Assembly: GCF_964355755.1 (NCBI RefSeq)
Contig: NC_092672.1
Location: 10,788,001-10,852,000 of the forward strand
Source of the DNA: Antedon mediterranea
Taxonomy: Eukaryota > Animalia > Echinodermata
DNA: 64,000 nucleotides
Direction of reading: 5' to 3'
The notes under the pieces are model-generated. The model was not told where the DNA came from. It did no database searches and worked only from the letters and a program-made list of their open reading frames with translations. This document shows, in pieces, positions 25,043 to 37,770 of this stretch; positions within the stretch are counted from its first letter, which is position 1, and every line of letters starts with the position of its first letter. A program made the position numbers and the translations under genes.

Positions 25043-25465
25043 GCGGATAACCAAAAATAAAAAAAAAAGATCCTTACAATAACAAGGGCTTATCCGCTTG
25101 AGGCGGATAACCAAAAAAAAAAAAAAAAATCCTTACAATAACAAGGGCTTATCCGCTTGAGCCGGATAACCAATAAAAAAAAAGAAACACTACAATAACA
25201 AGAGCTTATCCGCTTGAGGCGGATAACCAAAAAAAAAAAAAAAAAAAGATCCTTACAATAACAAGGGCTTATCCGCTTGAGGCGGATAACCAATAAAAAA
25301 AAAGAAACACTACAATTCCAAGGGCTTATCCGCTTCAGGCGGATAACCAATTAAAAAAAAAAAGTAACACTACAATAACAAGAGCTTATCCGCTTAAGGC
25401 GGATAACCAAAAAAAAAAGTAACACTACAATAACAAATGTTTATCCGCTTGAGGCGGATAACCAA
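25043..25465. repeat. Tandem array of 7 full hairpin units plus one half unit (~53-63 bp period) with A-rich spacers
   Basis: tacaataacaagggcttatccgcttgaggcggataaccaa repeated; stem ttatccgc/gcggataa. Confidence 0.9.
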
Positions 25466-27292
25466 TAATAAAGATTTAATACAATAACAATAGGTGATCA
25501 TTTTATTCTAAATGATCACCTAATTAAACAATTCTTACAGTTTGTTCAATGATGTTAAATCAGCAAATACGTTGTCTGGCAATGTTCTTATTTGGTTTTC
25601 GTTCAAAGACCTTAAAAGTAAAAACAATGCAAAGTAAGTACATTAACATGTCAACTTACATTTCATTCCTATGTCATATTCGTTGGTAGTCTGAATATTC
25701 ATAAAATATTATAAAAAAACAATGAAATTAACTTCACTAGAATTACAGACATACCACTGTCTGTAGATGACTCGACAATCACAGAATCCCTTCGTAAGTA
25801 TGGTTGTAAACCCAATATTAAACCACAGAACAACTTACTAATTGTTGTAATAGAGATAGAATCCTTTTTTTTCACTGCCATTCCGAGAAACATTAAAGCA
25901 AGGATTTGTTTTTATATTAATTGACAAGAAAATAAAACAAAATACATCTCTTTTGGAAGTAATTTCCAGGGTGCTAATTTTAGTTGAGTCACAGGTTTTG
26001 AATATAAACAATTCTTACAGTAGTAAACTATTTTACTGTGTTGAAGTCTATGTTTTGTTGTAATCACCATTATAAATAATTTAAAAGTGTTTGAAAATAA
26101 AACAATTCTCACAGTTTGTTCAATGATGTTAAACCAGCAAATACGTTGTCTGACAATGTACTTATTTGGTTTTCGTACAAATACCTTAAAAGTAAAAACA
26201 ATGCAGAGTAAACATTAATACATGTCAACTTACATTTTCATATAAATTAATTCTTTTGAGTATCTACAGAGTATCTTAGTCTGAATATTCATAAATTATT
26301 ATAATGTAATCACTAATTTCAGGATTGCCTGATTAGTAAAATATTTCATTTTAGGAATGTCGTGAATAATAATTAATTTGTCAATATATTTTTAATAGTT
26401 TTCAAAAAGTAACGTAATTTGAAACATTCTACAATATAAGTGCACACAATGTTTCTGACTTGTTTGTAATCATAAATATGTTACAAGTAGGTTAACATAA
26501 TACAATTCTCACAGTTCGTTCAATGATGTTAGACCAGCAAATACGTTGTCTGACAATGTACTTATTTGGTTTTGGCGCAAAGACCTTGAAAGTAAAAACA
26601 ATGCAGAGTAAGTACATTGATACATGTCTTTGTTTGTTGGTAGTCTGAATATTCAATAAAAATACACTACAGAGTATCTTAGTCTGAATATTCATAAATT
26701 ATTATAATGTAATCAGCGTTATCATTAATTTCAATAATTTCAGGATTGCTTGATTAGTAACATATTTCATTTTAGGGAAGTCGTGAATAATAATTATTTT
26801 GCAAGTAGCGCAATTCGAAACATTGTACAATATAAGTGCACACAATGTTTCAGATTTGTTTGTAATCATAAATATTTTACAAGTAGGTTAACATAAAACA
26901 ATTCTCACAGTATGTTCAATGATGTTAAACCAGCAAATACGTTGTCTGGCAATGTACTTATTTGGTTTTCGTACAAATACCTTAAAAGTAAAAACAATGC
27001 AGAATAAGTACATTAACATGTCAACTTACATTGCATTCCTATGTCATATTCGTTGGTAGTCTGAATATTCATAAAATATTATAAAAAAAACAATGAAATT
27101 AACTTCACTAGAATTACAGACATACCACTGTCTGTAGATGACTCGACAATCACAGAATCCATTCGTAAGTATGGTTGTAAACCCAATATTAAACCACAGA
27201 ACAACTTACTAATTGTTGTAATAGAGATAGAATCCTTTTTTTCACTGCCATTCCGAGAAACATTAAAGCAAGGATTTGTTTTTATATTTGAT

Positions 27293-27841
27293 ATAAAGAT
27301 GTATTGTCCCTTTGACTAATTCCCCCAAAAAAATTGTTTTTTTATATTTCGAAAAAAAGTGGGTCATTTAGAAGTACCATAATAGTTATTAACTTTCACC
27401 AAAAATTAGTTGAAAAAAAAATAATTTAACCGAAATACGGACGTTTTTTGGTTTAAAAAATAACTTTGACTTCCAGTCAAAGTTTTCGATCAAAACATAT
27501 CTCATAATGCAACGCGCTTGTTTGGCTACTCTGTATGCATAATCATAAAACTTGCTCGCGATCTGTGTGAAAACACATTTTCAACCGCGACGAGTTGTAA
27601 ACAATCCTAATTAGCATCATGCATAATGCATACTCGTGGTTTGAAATCTTTGTTTACTCGTGACGATTTTCCAGACGAAATGTAATCAAATTAATTTACC
27701 TGTTAATTACGTAAACTTGTTGTTTTTACTCAAATTTTCGACTTAAAGTGAATAACTTTAATATTACTTTGATATGGCCAACTTAAATTTAGAATATTTT
27801 GACCTTCATTTTTTGTGTTTCAATGGACAATACATCTTTAA
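27293..27841. mobile_element. ~550-bp TTAA-flanked MITE (Kolobok-like) within the satellite higher-order repeat
   Basis: TIR agatgtattgtcc/ggacaatacatct; further copies at 30662-31210, 37218-37770 and 60125-60669; empty site at 25917-25920. Confidence 0.85.
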
Positions 27842-30661
27842 TTGACAAGAAAATAAAACAAAATATATTCCTCTTTTGGAAGTAATTTCCAGGGTGCTAA
27901 TTTTAGTTGTGTCATAGGTTTTGAATATAAAACAATTCTTACAGTAGTAAACTATTTTACTGTGTTGAAGTCTATGTTTTGTTGTAATCACCATTATAAA
28001 TAATGTATAGGCCTAAGTGTATGAAAATAAAACAATGCTTACAGTTGGTTCAATGATGTTAAATCAGCAAATACGTTGTCTGGCAATGTACTTATTGTGT
28101 TATTTGACAACCACCTTAAAAGTAAAAACAATGCAGAGTAAACATTAAAACATGTCAACTTACATTTTCATATGAATTTATTCTTATGTCTATGTTTGTT
28201 GGTAGTCTGAATATTCGATACAAAATACAAGTATCGTAATAAGCGTTATAATTATTTCACTAATTTCAGCATTGCCTGATTAGTAAAATGTTTCATTTTA
28301 GGATAGTCGTGAATAGCAATTATTTTGTCAATATATTTTAAACAGTTTTCAAAAAGTAATATAAATTCGGAAAATTCTACAATATAAGTGCACACAATGT
28401 TTCTGATTTTTGTTGTAATCATAAATATTTTACAAGTAGGTTAACATAAAACAATTCTTACAGTTCGTTCAATGATGTTAAATCAGCAAATACGTTGTCT
28501 GGCAATGTACTTATTTGGTTATTGTACAACCACCTTAACATTAAAAACAATGCAGAGTAAGTACATTAACATGTCAACTTACATTTTCCTATAAATGTAT
28601 TCTTATGTCTATGTTCGTTGGTAGTCTGAATATTCAATAAAAATACTCTACGGAGTATCTTAGTCTGAATATTCATAAATTATTATAATGTAATCAGCGT
28701 TATAATTAATTTCAATAATTTAAGCATTGCCTGATTAGTAAAATATTTCATTTTAGGAAAGTCGTGAATAATATTTATTTTGTCAATATATTTTGAATAG
28801 TTTTCAAAAAGTAGCGTAATTCGAAACATTCTACAATATAAGTGCACACAATGTTTATCATTTTTTGATCCTAGTTGTGTCATAGGTTTTGAATATAAAA
28901 CAATTCTTACAGTAGTAAACTATTTTACTGTGTTGAAGTCTATGTTTTGTTGTAATCACCATTATAAATAATGTATAGGCCTAAGTGTATGAAAATAAAA
29001 CAATGCTTACAGTTGGTTCAATGATGTTAAATCAGCAAATACGTTGTCTGGCAATGTACTTATTGTGTTATTTGACAACCACCTTAAAAGTAAAAACAAT
29101 GCAGAGTAAACATTAATACATGTCAACTTACATTTTCATATGAATTTATTCTTATGTCTATGTTTGTTGGTAGTCTGAATATTCGATACAAAATACAAGT
29201 ATCGTAATAAGCGTTATAATTATTTCACTAATTTCAGCATTGCCTGATTAGTAAAATGTTTCATTTTAGGATAGTCGTGAATAGCAATTATTTTGTCAAT
29301 ATATTTTAAACAGTTTTCAAAAAGTAATATAAATTCGGAAAATTCTACAATATAAGTGCACACAATGTTTCTGATTTTTGTTGTAATCATAAATATTTTA
29401 CAAGTAGGTTAACATAAAACAATTCTTACAGTTCGTTCAATGATGTTAAATCAGCAAATACGTTGTCTGGCAATGTACTTATTTGGTTATTGTACAACCA
29501 CCTTAACATTAAAAACAATGCAGAGTAAGTACATTAACATGTCAACTTACATTTTCCTATAAATGTATTCTTATGTCTATGTTCGTTGGTAGTCTGAATA
29601 TTCAATAAAAATACTCTACGGAGTATCTTAGTCTGAATATTCATAAATTATTATAATGTAATCAGCGTTATAATTAATTTCAATAATTTAAGCATTGCCT
29701 GATTAGTAAAATATTTCATTTTAGGAAAGTCGTGAATAATATTTATTTTGTCAATATATTTTGAATAGTTTTCAAAAAGTAGCGTAATTCGAAACATTCT
29801 ACAATATAAGTGCACACAATGTTTATCATTTTTTGTAATCATAAATATTTTACAAGTAGGTTAACATAAAACAATTCTTACAGTTTGTTCAATGATGTTA
29901 AACCAGCAAATACGTTGTCTGGCAATGTACTTATTTGGTTTTGGCGCAAAGACCTTGAAAGTAAAAACAATGCAGAGTAAGTACATTGATACATGTCTTT
30001 GTTTGTTGGTAGTCTGAATATTCAATAAAAATACACTACAGAGTATCTTAGTCTGAATATTCATAAATTATTATAATGTAATCAGCGTTATCATTAATTT
30101 CAATAATTTCAGGATTGCTTGATTAGTAACATATTTCATTTTAGGGAAGTCGTGAATAATAATTATTTTGCAAGTAGCGCAATTCGAAACATTGTACAAT
30201 ATAAGTGCACACAATGTTTCAGATTTGTTTGTAATCATAAATATTTTACAAGTAGGTTAACATAAAACAATTCTCACAGTATGTTCAATGATGTTAAACC
30301 AGCAAATACGTTGTCTGGCAATGTACTTATTTGGTTTTCGTACAAATACCTTAAAAGTAAAAACAATGCAGAATAAGTACATTAACATGTCAACTTACAT
30401 TGCATTCCTATGTCATATTCGTTGGTAGTCTGAATATTCATAAAATATTATAAAAAAAACAATGAAATTAACTTCACTAGAATTACAGACATACCACTGT
30501 CTGTAGATGACTCGACAATCACAGAATCCATTCGTAAGTATGGTTGTAAACCCAATATTAAACCACAGAACAACTTACTAATTGTTGTAATAGAGATAGA
30601 ATCCTTTTTTTCACTGCCATTCCGAGAAACATTAAAGCAAGGATTTGTTTTTATATTTGAT

Positions 30662-31210
30662 ATAAAGATGTATTGTCCCTTTGACTAATTCCCCCAAAAA
30701 AATTGTTTTTTTATATTTCGAAAAAAAGTGGGTCATTTAGAAGTACCATAATAGTTATTAACTTTCACCAAAAATTAGTTGAAAAAAAAATAATTTAACC
30801 GAAATACGGACGTTTTTTGGTTTAAAAAATAACTTTGACTTCCAGTCAAAGTTTTCGATCAAAACATATCTCATAATGCAACGCGCTTGTTTGGCTACTC
30901 TGTATGCATAATCATAAAACTTGCTCGCGATCTGTGTGAAAACACATTTTCAACCGCGACGAGTTGTAAACAATCCTAATTAGCATCATGCATAATGCAT
31001 ACTCGTGGTTTGAAATCTTTGTTTACTCGTGACGATTTTCCAGACGAAATGTAATCAAATTAATTTACCTGTTAATTACGTAAACTTGTTGTTTTTACTC
31101 AAATTTTCGACTTAAAGTGAATAACTTTAATATTACTTTGATATGGCCAACTTAAATTTAGAATATTTTGACCTTCATTTTTTGTGTTTCAATGGACAAT
31201 ACATCTTTAA
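30662..31210. mobile_element. Copy of the ~550-bp TTAA MITE
   Basis: Essentially identical to 27293-27841 with the same flanks, so it was duplicated along with the array. Confidence 0.85.
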
Positions 31211-33064
31211 TTGACAAGAAAATAAAACAAAATATATTCCTCTTTTGGAAGTAATTTCCAGGGTGCTAATTTTAGTTGTGTCATAGGTTTTGAATATAAA
31301 ACAATTCTTACAGTAGTAAACTATTTTACTGTGTTGAAGTCTATGTTTTGTTGTAATCACCATTATAAATAATGTATAGGCCTAAGTGTATGAAAATAAA
31401 ACAATGCTTACAGTTGGTTCAATGATGTTAAATCAGCAAATACGTTGTCTGGCAATGTACTTATTGTGTTATATGACAACCACCTTAAAAGTAAAAACAA
31501 TGCAGAGTAAACATTAATACATGTCAACTTACATTTTCATATGAATTTATTCTTATGTCTATGTTTGTTGGTAGTCTGAATATTCGATACAAAATACAAG
31601 TATCGTAATAAGCGTTATAATTATTTCACTAATTTCAGCATTGCCTGATTAGTAAAATGTTTCATTTTAGGATAGTCGTGAATAGCAATTATTTTGTCAA
31701 TATATTTTAAACAGTTTTCAAAAAGTAATATAAATTCGGAAAATTCTACAATATAAGTGCACACAATGTTTCTGATTTTTGTTGTAATCATAAATATTTT
31801 ACAAGTAGGTTAACATAAAACAATTCTTACAGTTCGTTCAATGATGTTAAATCAGCAAATACGTTGTCTGGCAATGTACTTATTTGGTTATTGTACAACC
31901 ACCTTAACATTAAAAACAATGCAGAGTAAGTACATTAACATGTCAACTTACATTTTCCTATAAATGTATTCTTATGTCTATGTTCGTTGGTAGTCTGAAT
32001 ATTCAATAAAAATACTCTACGGAGTATCTTAGTCTGAATATTCATAAATTATTATAATGTAATCAGCGTTATAATTAATTTCAATAATTTAAGCATTGCC
32101 TGATTAGTAAAATATTTCATTTTAGGAAAGTCGTGAATAATATTTATTTTGTCAATATATTTTGAATAGTTTTCAAAAAGTAGCGTAATTCGAAACATTC
32201 TACAATATAAGTGCACACAATGTTTATCATTTTTTGTAATCATAAATATTTTACAAGTAGGTTAACATAAAACAATTCTTACAGTTTGTTCAATGATGTT
32301 AAACCAGCAAATACGTTGTCTGGCAATGTACTTATTTGGTTTTGGCGCAAAGACCTTGAAAGTAAAAACAATGCAGAGTAAACATTGATACATGTCAACT
32401 TACATTTTCCTATAAATGTATTCTTATGTCTATGTTTGTTGGTAGTCTGAATATTCAATAAAAATACACTACACTACAGAGTATTTTAGTCTGAATATTC
32501 ATAAATTATTATAATGTAAACAGCGTTATAATTTATTTCAATAAATTCAGGATTGTCTGGTTAGTAAAATATTTCATTTTAGGAAAGTCGTGAATAGCAA
32601 TTATTTTGTCAATATATTTTGAATAGTTTTCAAAAAGTAGCGTAATTCGAAACATTCTACAATATAAGTGCACACAATGTTTCTCATTTTTTGTAATCAT
32701 AAATATTTTACAAGTAGGTTAACATAAACAATTCTTACAGTTTGTTCAATGATGTTAAATTAGCAAATACGTTGTCTGGCAATGTACTTATTTGGTTTTT
32801 TTGCAAAGCCCTTGAAAGTAAAAACAATGCAGAGTACGTACATTAACATGTGGACTTACATTACATTCTTATGTACAGTATATGTTCGTTGGTAGTGAAT
32901 ATTTAATAAAAATACACTACAGACTTAGTCTGAATATTCATACATTTTTATAATGTAATCAGCGTTATAATTAATTTCACTAATTTCAGCCTGGCTTGTT
33001 AGTAACATATTTCATTTTAGGAAAATCGTGAATAATAATTATTTTATTTATATATGATTATATA

Positions 33065-33298
33065 TGATTACCGCATGCCTTGGTTTATGACTGAATCTGG
33101 TTCTTTTGGCATTTTAAAGAATTTTAACGGTTTTTAATGATTTGATTTACTGTGTACTTGTATTTATAATATTGTTGTTAGAGTCTGTTGAATTTTTACT
33201 TTGTCGGTTGTTTGCAGAATTATTCAGCCGGTGGCTGCCTTCTGTTTGTACTATTTATGTGTTTTTTTATGAATAAATACCTACATACTTACTTACTA
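33065..33298 (+). mobile_element. Probable 3' end of a non-LTR retroelement inserted in the satellite (also ~36195-36422 and ~63050-63278)
   Basis: A non-satellite T-rich segment ending in aataaa followed by a (tact)n tail, interrupting the monomer at the same point in three places. Confidence 0.5.
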
Positions 33299-33559
33299 TA
33301 AGTGCCCACAATGTTTCAGATTTGTTTGTAATCATAAATATTTTACAAGTAGGTTAACATAAAACAATTCTCACAGTTTGTTCAATGATGTTAAACCAGC
33401 AAATACGTTGTCTGGCAATGTACTTATTTGGTTTTCGTACATATACCTTAAAAGTAAAAACAATGCAGAGTAAGTACATTAACATGTCAACTTACATTGC
33501 ATTCCTATGTCATATTCATTGGTAGTCTGAATATTCAATAAAAATACACTACAGAGTAG

Positions 33560-33800
33560 TAGTAAAAAGTGGTGATTGTGTAAATTGTATCTTTAGACAA
33601 GATGCTTTACTGACATTGCCTCGTCTTTCGGATGGAACGTAAAGGCGTTGGTCCCGTGTACATAATAGTGCACGATAAAGAACTTTTCGAAAAGAGTAAG
33701 GGGATCTTCTTCCGGTGTGTTGATCTTGTAAGATACGTAGCAATAAAGTGAAAAATTAAAGAGCAAAATTCCACAATAAAAATGCATACAATGTCTCCGC
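33560..33800 (+). mobile_element. 5'-truncated SINE with Deu/Nin-type central domain (second copy at 63540-63790)
   Basis: gacaagatgcttta..gtctttcggatggaacgtaaaggcgttggtcccgtgtac..gtgcacgataaagaac..tcgaaaagagtaagggg..ccggtg. Confidence 0.6.
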
Positions 33801-33969
33801 TAATTTCAAAAGAAATTAAACAATGTTTCTGATTTTTTTTTTGTAATCATAAATATTTTACAAGTAGGTTAACATAAAACAATTCTCACAGTTCGTTCAA
33901 TGATGTTAAACCAGCAAATACGTTTTCTGGCAATGTACTTATTCTGTTATTGGACAACCACCTTAAAAG

Positions 33970-34807
33970 GCCTTGCATATAAATGTTGTGTACGCCCTCT
34001 ATTAGAGTATTCTAACACCGTCTGGGACCCATATAATTCCAATTTAATTGGTAAACTTGAAATGGTACAGAGAAGAGCGGCTAGATTTGCCTGCAACAAC
34101 TATAAGCGCACGTCAAGTGTAACCGAAATGATGAAGGTCCTTGGTTGGGAAACCTTGGAAGAGAGGAGGAGGATAGCTCGACTGTTAATGTTCCATAAGA
34201 TACACTACTGCAATGTAGCAGCCGATATGAAACTGGTCATGAAAAACACCTCTAGACCCAGTCGGAGAGAGAACAGTCAATCATACCATATTCCTCACTC
34301 AACAGTTGATTATTTTAGGTATTCATTCTTTCCACGCACTGCCATCGACTGGAATCATCTACCAGATAAGGTTGTAAATTGTACTTCTATTCTGGAATTC
34401 AAAACCCATATTGTCCAAACTTAATTAAATAGGGTACCCCTTGTCACAACTTACTCTCTGGGGGTCTCTGTCTTGGTGACAGCTCGCTGGGCAACTGGAT
34501 GGCTGAGGCGGGGTAAATGGGTATCCAGCTACTTTATTCTGCCTCCTAGGTAGCGGCCCAGGAAAGTGATAGCGGTTGGCACGGACGGTAGACTTCCATA
34601 GTGTTAATGTTGGGTACAGTTTACTCTTTTTTTTACTCTTTACAAGGTGTCTGAATACAATACAATTATATAATAGATAGGATAGATCCAATAATTATAT
34701 ATATTCATACTAAACATGTATATATAACTTTAAAAAAAGAGATAAGGCAAAGGGAAGAAAAGAGAGAAAGAAAAGTGAAAGGAGAAGTATGGGGAAAAAA
34801 AGAAAAG

Positions 34808-34843
<36 letters not shown>

Positions 34844-35044
34844 CAAAAATTAAAAAAATAATAATAATAATAATGATAATTAATAATAATAATTATAAAT
34901 AAATAAGGCAGTCAGTTTCTCTCTGTAAAAGAATAACTAAATAGAACAATAATACACAACCAAATACAGTAGAGCTAGCAAAACAGAGTTGGAGGAGCAG
35001 AGTCTTCACATATGAAGTTGGCTCCTAATACGAAGAAGAAGAAG
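33970..35044 (+). mobile_element. 5'-truncated LINE (CR1/L2/Jockey-group-like): ORF2 C-terminus, 3' region and (GAA)n tail
   Basis: 33970-34424 encodes AYKCCVRPLLEYSNTVWDPY..LEMVQRRAARF..LGWETLEERR..SFFPRTAIDWNHLP, typical of the post-RT region of non-LTR ORF2. It ends gaagttggctcctaatacgaagaagaagaa and interrupts the satellite motif ccttaaaag|taaaaacaatgc. Confidence 0.88.
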
Positions 35045-35196
35045 AAAGTAAAAACAATGCAGAGTAAACATTGATACATGTCAACTTACATTTTCATATA
35101 AATGTATTCTTATGTCTATGTTTGTTGGTAGTCTGAATATTCAATACAAAATACACTACGGAGTATCATAAACAGCGTTATAATTAATTTCACTAA

Positions 35197-35848
35197 TGCT
35201 AATTTAACATCATTGAACGAACTGTAAGAATTGTTTTATGTTAACCTACTTGTAAAATATTTATGATTACAAACAAATCTGAAACATTGTGTGCACTTGT
35301 ATTATACAATGTTTGGAATTGCGCTACTTGCAAAATGATTATTATTCACGACATTCCTATAATGAAATATTTTACTAATCAGGCAATGTTGAAATTAGTG
35401 AAATTAATTATAACGCTGATGACATTATAATAATTTATGAATATTCAAACTAAGATACTCCGTAGTGTAGTGTATTTTTATTGAATATTCAGACTACCAA
35501 CGAATATGACATAAGAATACATTTATAGGTAAATGTAAGTTGACATGTATTAATGTACTTACTCTGCATTGTTTTTGCTTTAAGGTGTTTGTCCAGAAAC
35601 AAAATAAGTACATTGCCAGAAAACGTATTTGCTAATTTAACATCATTGAACATACTGTAAGAATTGTATTATGTTAACCTACTTGTAAAATATTTATGAT
35701 TACAAAAAAAATCAGAAACATTGTGTGCACTTATATTGTACAATGTTTCGAATTGCGCTACTTTTTGAAAACTGTTAAAAATATATTGACAAAATAATTG
35801 CTATTCACGACTTTCCTAAAATGAAATATTTTACTAATCAGGAAATCC
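35197..35848 (-). repeat. Inverted block of satellite monomers
   Basis: Reverse-complement monomer motifs (tttaacatcattgaac, atgttaacctacttgt, gaatattcagactacc) lie between forward-oriented monomers. Confidence 0.9.
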
Positions 35849-37014
35849 GGAAATCAGCAAATACGTTGTCTGGCAATGTACTTATTTGGTTTCCGTACAA
35901 AAACCTTAAAAGTAAAAACAATGCAGAGTACGTACATTAACATGTCGACTTACATTACATTCTTATGTACAGTATATGTTCGTTGGTAGTGAATATTTAA
36001 TAAAAATACACTACAGACTTAGTCTGAATATTCATAAATTGTTATAATGTAATCAGCGTTATAATTAATTTCACTAATTTCAGCCTGGCCTGTTAGTAAC
36101 ATATTTCATTTTAGGAAAATCGTGAATAATAATTATTTTGCAAGTAGCGCAATTCGAAACATTGTACAATATAATTTATATATGATTATATTATTACTGC
36201 ATGCCTTGGTTTATGACTGAATCTGGTTCTTTTGGCATTTTAAAGAATTTTAACGGTTTTTAATGATTTGATTTACTGTGTACTTGTATTTATAATATTG
36301 TTGTTAGAGTCTGTTGAATTTTTACTTTGTCGGTTGTTTGCAGAATTATTCAGCCGGTGGCTGCCTTCTGTTTGTACTATTTATGTGTTTTTTATGAATA
36401 AATACCTACATACTTACTTACTATAAGTGCACACAATGTTTCAGATTTGTTTGTAATCATAAATATTTTACAAGTAGGTTAACATAAAACAATTCTCACA
36501 GTATGTTCAATGATGTTAAACCAGCAAATACGTTGTCTGGCAATGTACTTATTTGGTTTTCGAACAACCACCTTAAAAGTAAAAACAATGCAGAGTAAGT
36601 ACATTAACATGTCAACTTACATTTTCTTATAAATGTATTCTTTTTGTTTTGACTTGATTAGTAACAAGGAAAGTAGGGAATATTAAATATGTTGTCAATA
36701 AATTGTTTAAAAGTTTTCAAAAAGTGGAGCATTTAGAAACATTAAACATTAGTGCATTCCATGCAATGTGTTCAATGATCTTAAACAGCAAATAAATTGG
36801 CTGGCAATGTACTTAAATGTTTTTCGTACATATATCAAGTTCGTTGGTAGTATAAATATTTAATAAGAATACACTACAAAGTATCGTAATCAGCGTTATA
36901 ATTGTATGGTTTTTTTATGTATAGGTTGGGAAAATAATTGTTTTTCTATAAATTAATTTGTTATGTCTATGTTCCCCGGTAGACTGAATATTCATAAATT
37001 ATTATAAATAAACA

Positions 37015-37197
37015 ATGAAATTAACTTCACTAGAATTTACAGTTAAAGACATACCACTGTCTGTAGATGACTCGACAATCACAGAATCCCTTCGTAAGTA
37101 TGGTTGTAAACCCAATATTAAACCACAGGACAACTTACTAATTGTTGTAATAGAGATAGAATCCTTTTTTTGTCACTACCATTCCAAGAAACATTAA
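37015..37197 (+). pseudogene. Decayed L1/Tx1-type ORF1 (gag-like) fragment captured in the satellite; copies at ~25720, ~27092, ~30461 and ~59929
   Basis: Translates ..FTVKDIPLSVDDSTITESLRKYGCKP.. and, after a frameshift, GQLTNCCNRDRI. This resembles the VKDIPLSV..YG..LTN..GDR pattern of L1-clade ORF1 proteins (recognition from memory). Confidence 0.5.
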
Positions 37198-37217
37198 AGC
37201 AAGGATTTGTTTTTATA

Positions 37218-37770
37218 TTAAAGATGTATTGTCCCTTTGACTAATTCCAAAAAAAAATAATTTTTTTTTATATTGCGAAAAAAAGTGGGTCATTTTGAAG
37301 TATCATAATAGTTATTAACTTTCACCAAAAATTAGTTGAAAAAAAAAATAATTTAACCGAAATACGGACGTTTTTTTGTTTAAAAAATAACTTTGACTTC
37401 CAGTCAAAGTTTTTGATCAAAACATATCTCATAATGCAACGCGCTTGTTTGGCTACTCTGTATGCATAATCATAAAACTTCCTCGCGATCTGTGTGAAAA
37501 CACCTTCTCAACCGCGACGAGTTGTAAACAATCCTAATTAGCATCATGCATAATGCATACTCGTGGTTTGAAATCTTTGTTTACTCGTGACGATTTTCCA
37601 GACGAAATGTAATCAAATTAATTTACCTGTTAATTACGTAAACTTGTTGTTTTTGCCTCAAATTTTCGACTTAAAGTGAATAACTTTAATATTACTTTGA
37701 TATGGCCAACTTAAATTTAGAATATTTTGACCTTCATTTTTTTGTGCTTCAATGGACAATACATCTTTAA
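37218..37770. mobile_element. Copy of the ~550-bp TTAA MITE with intact TSDs
   Basis: TTAA|agatgtattgtcc...ggacaatacatct|TTAA. Confidence 0.88.

Larger units (their letters stand above)
23035..25523. mobile_element. Composite non-coding repeat element with internal direct repeats and a terminal hairpin (Helentron/HINE-like)
   Basis: Internal repeats at about 23047-23470, 24297-24710 and 24720-25020. It ends in aataacaataggtgatcatttt-attct-aaatgatcacctaat and begins exactly where homology to the 56228 paralog stops. Confidence 0.55.

Noticed and set aside
25043-25465. CRISPR array
   Set aside because: The context is eukaryotic, there are no cas genes, and the spacers are repeated poly-A tracts rather than unique sequences.
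33900-33969. N-terminus of the 174-aa ORF as a genuine gene start
   Set aside because: The first ~23 codons are satellite sequence fortuitously in frame with the truncated LINE ORF2.
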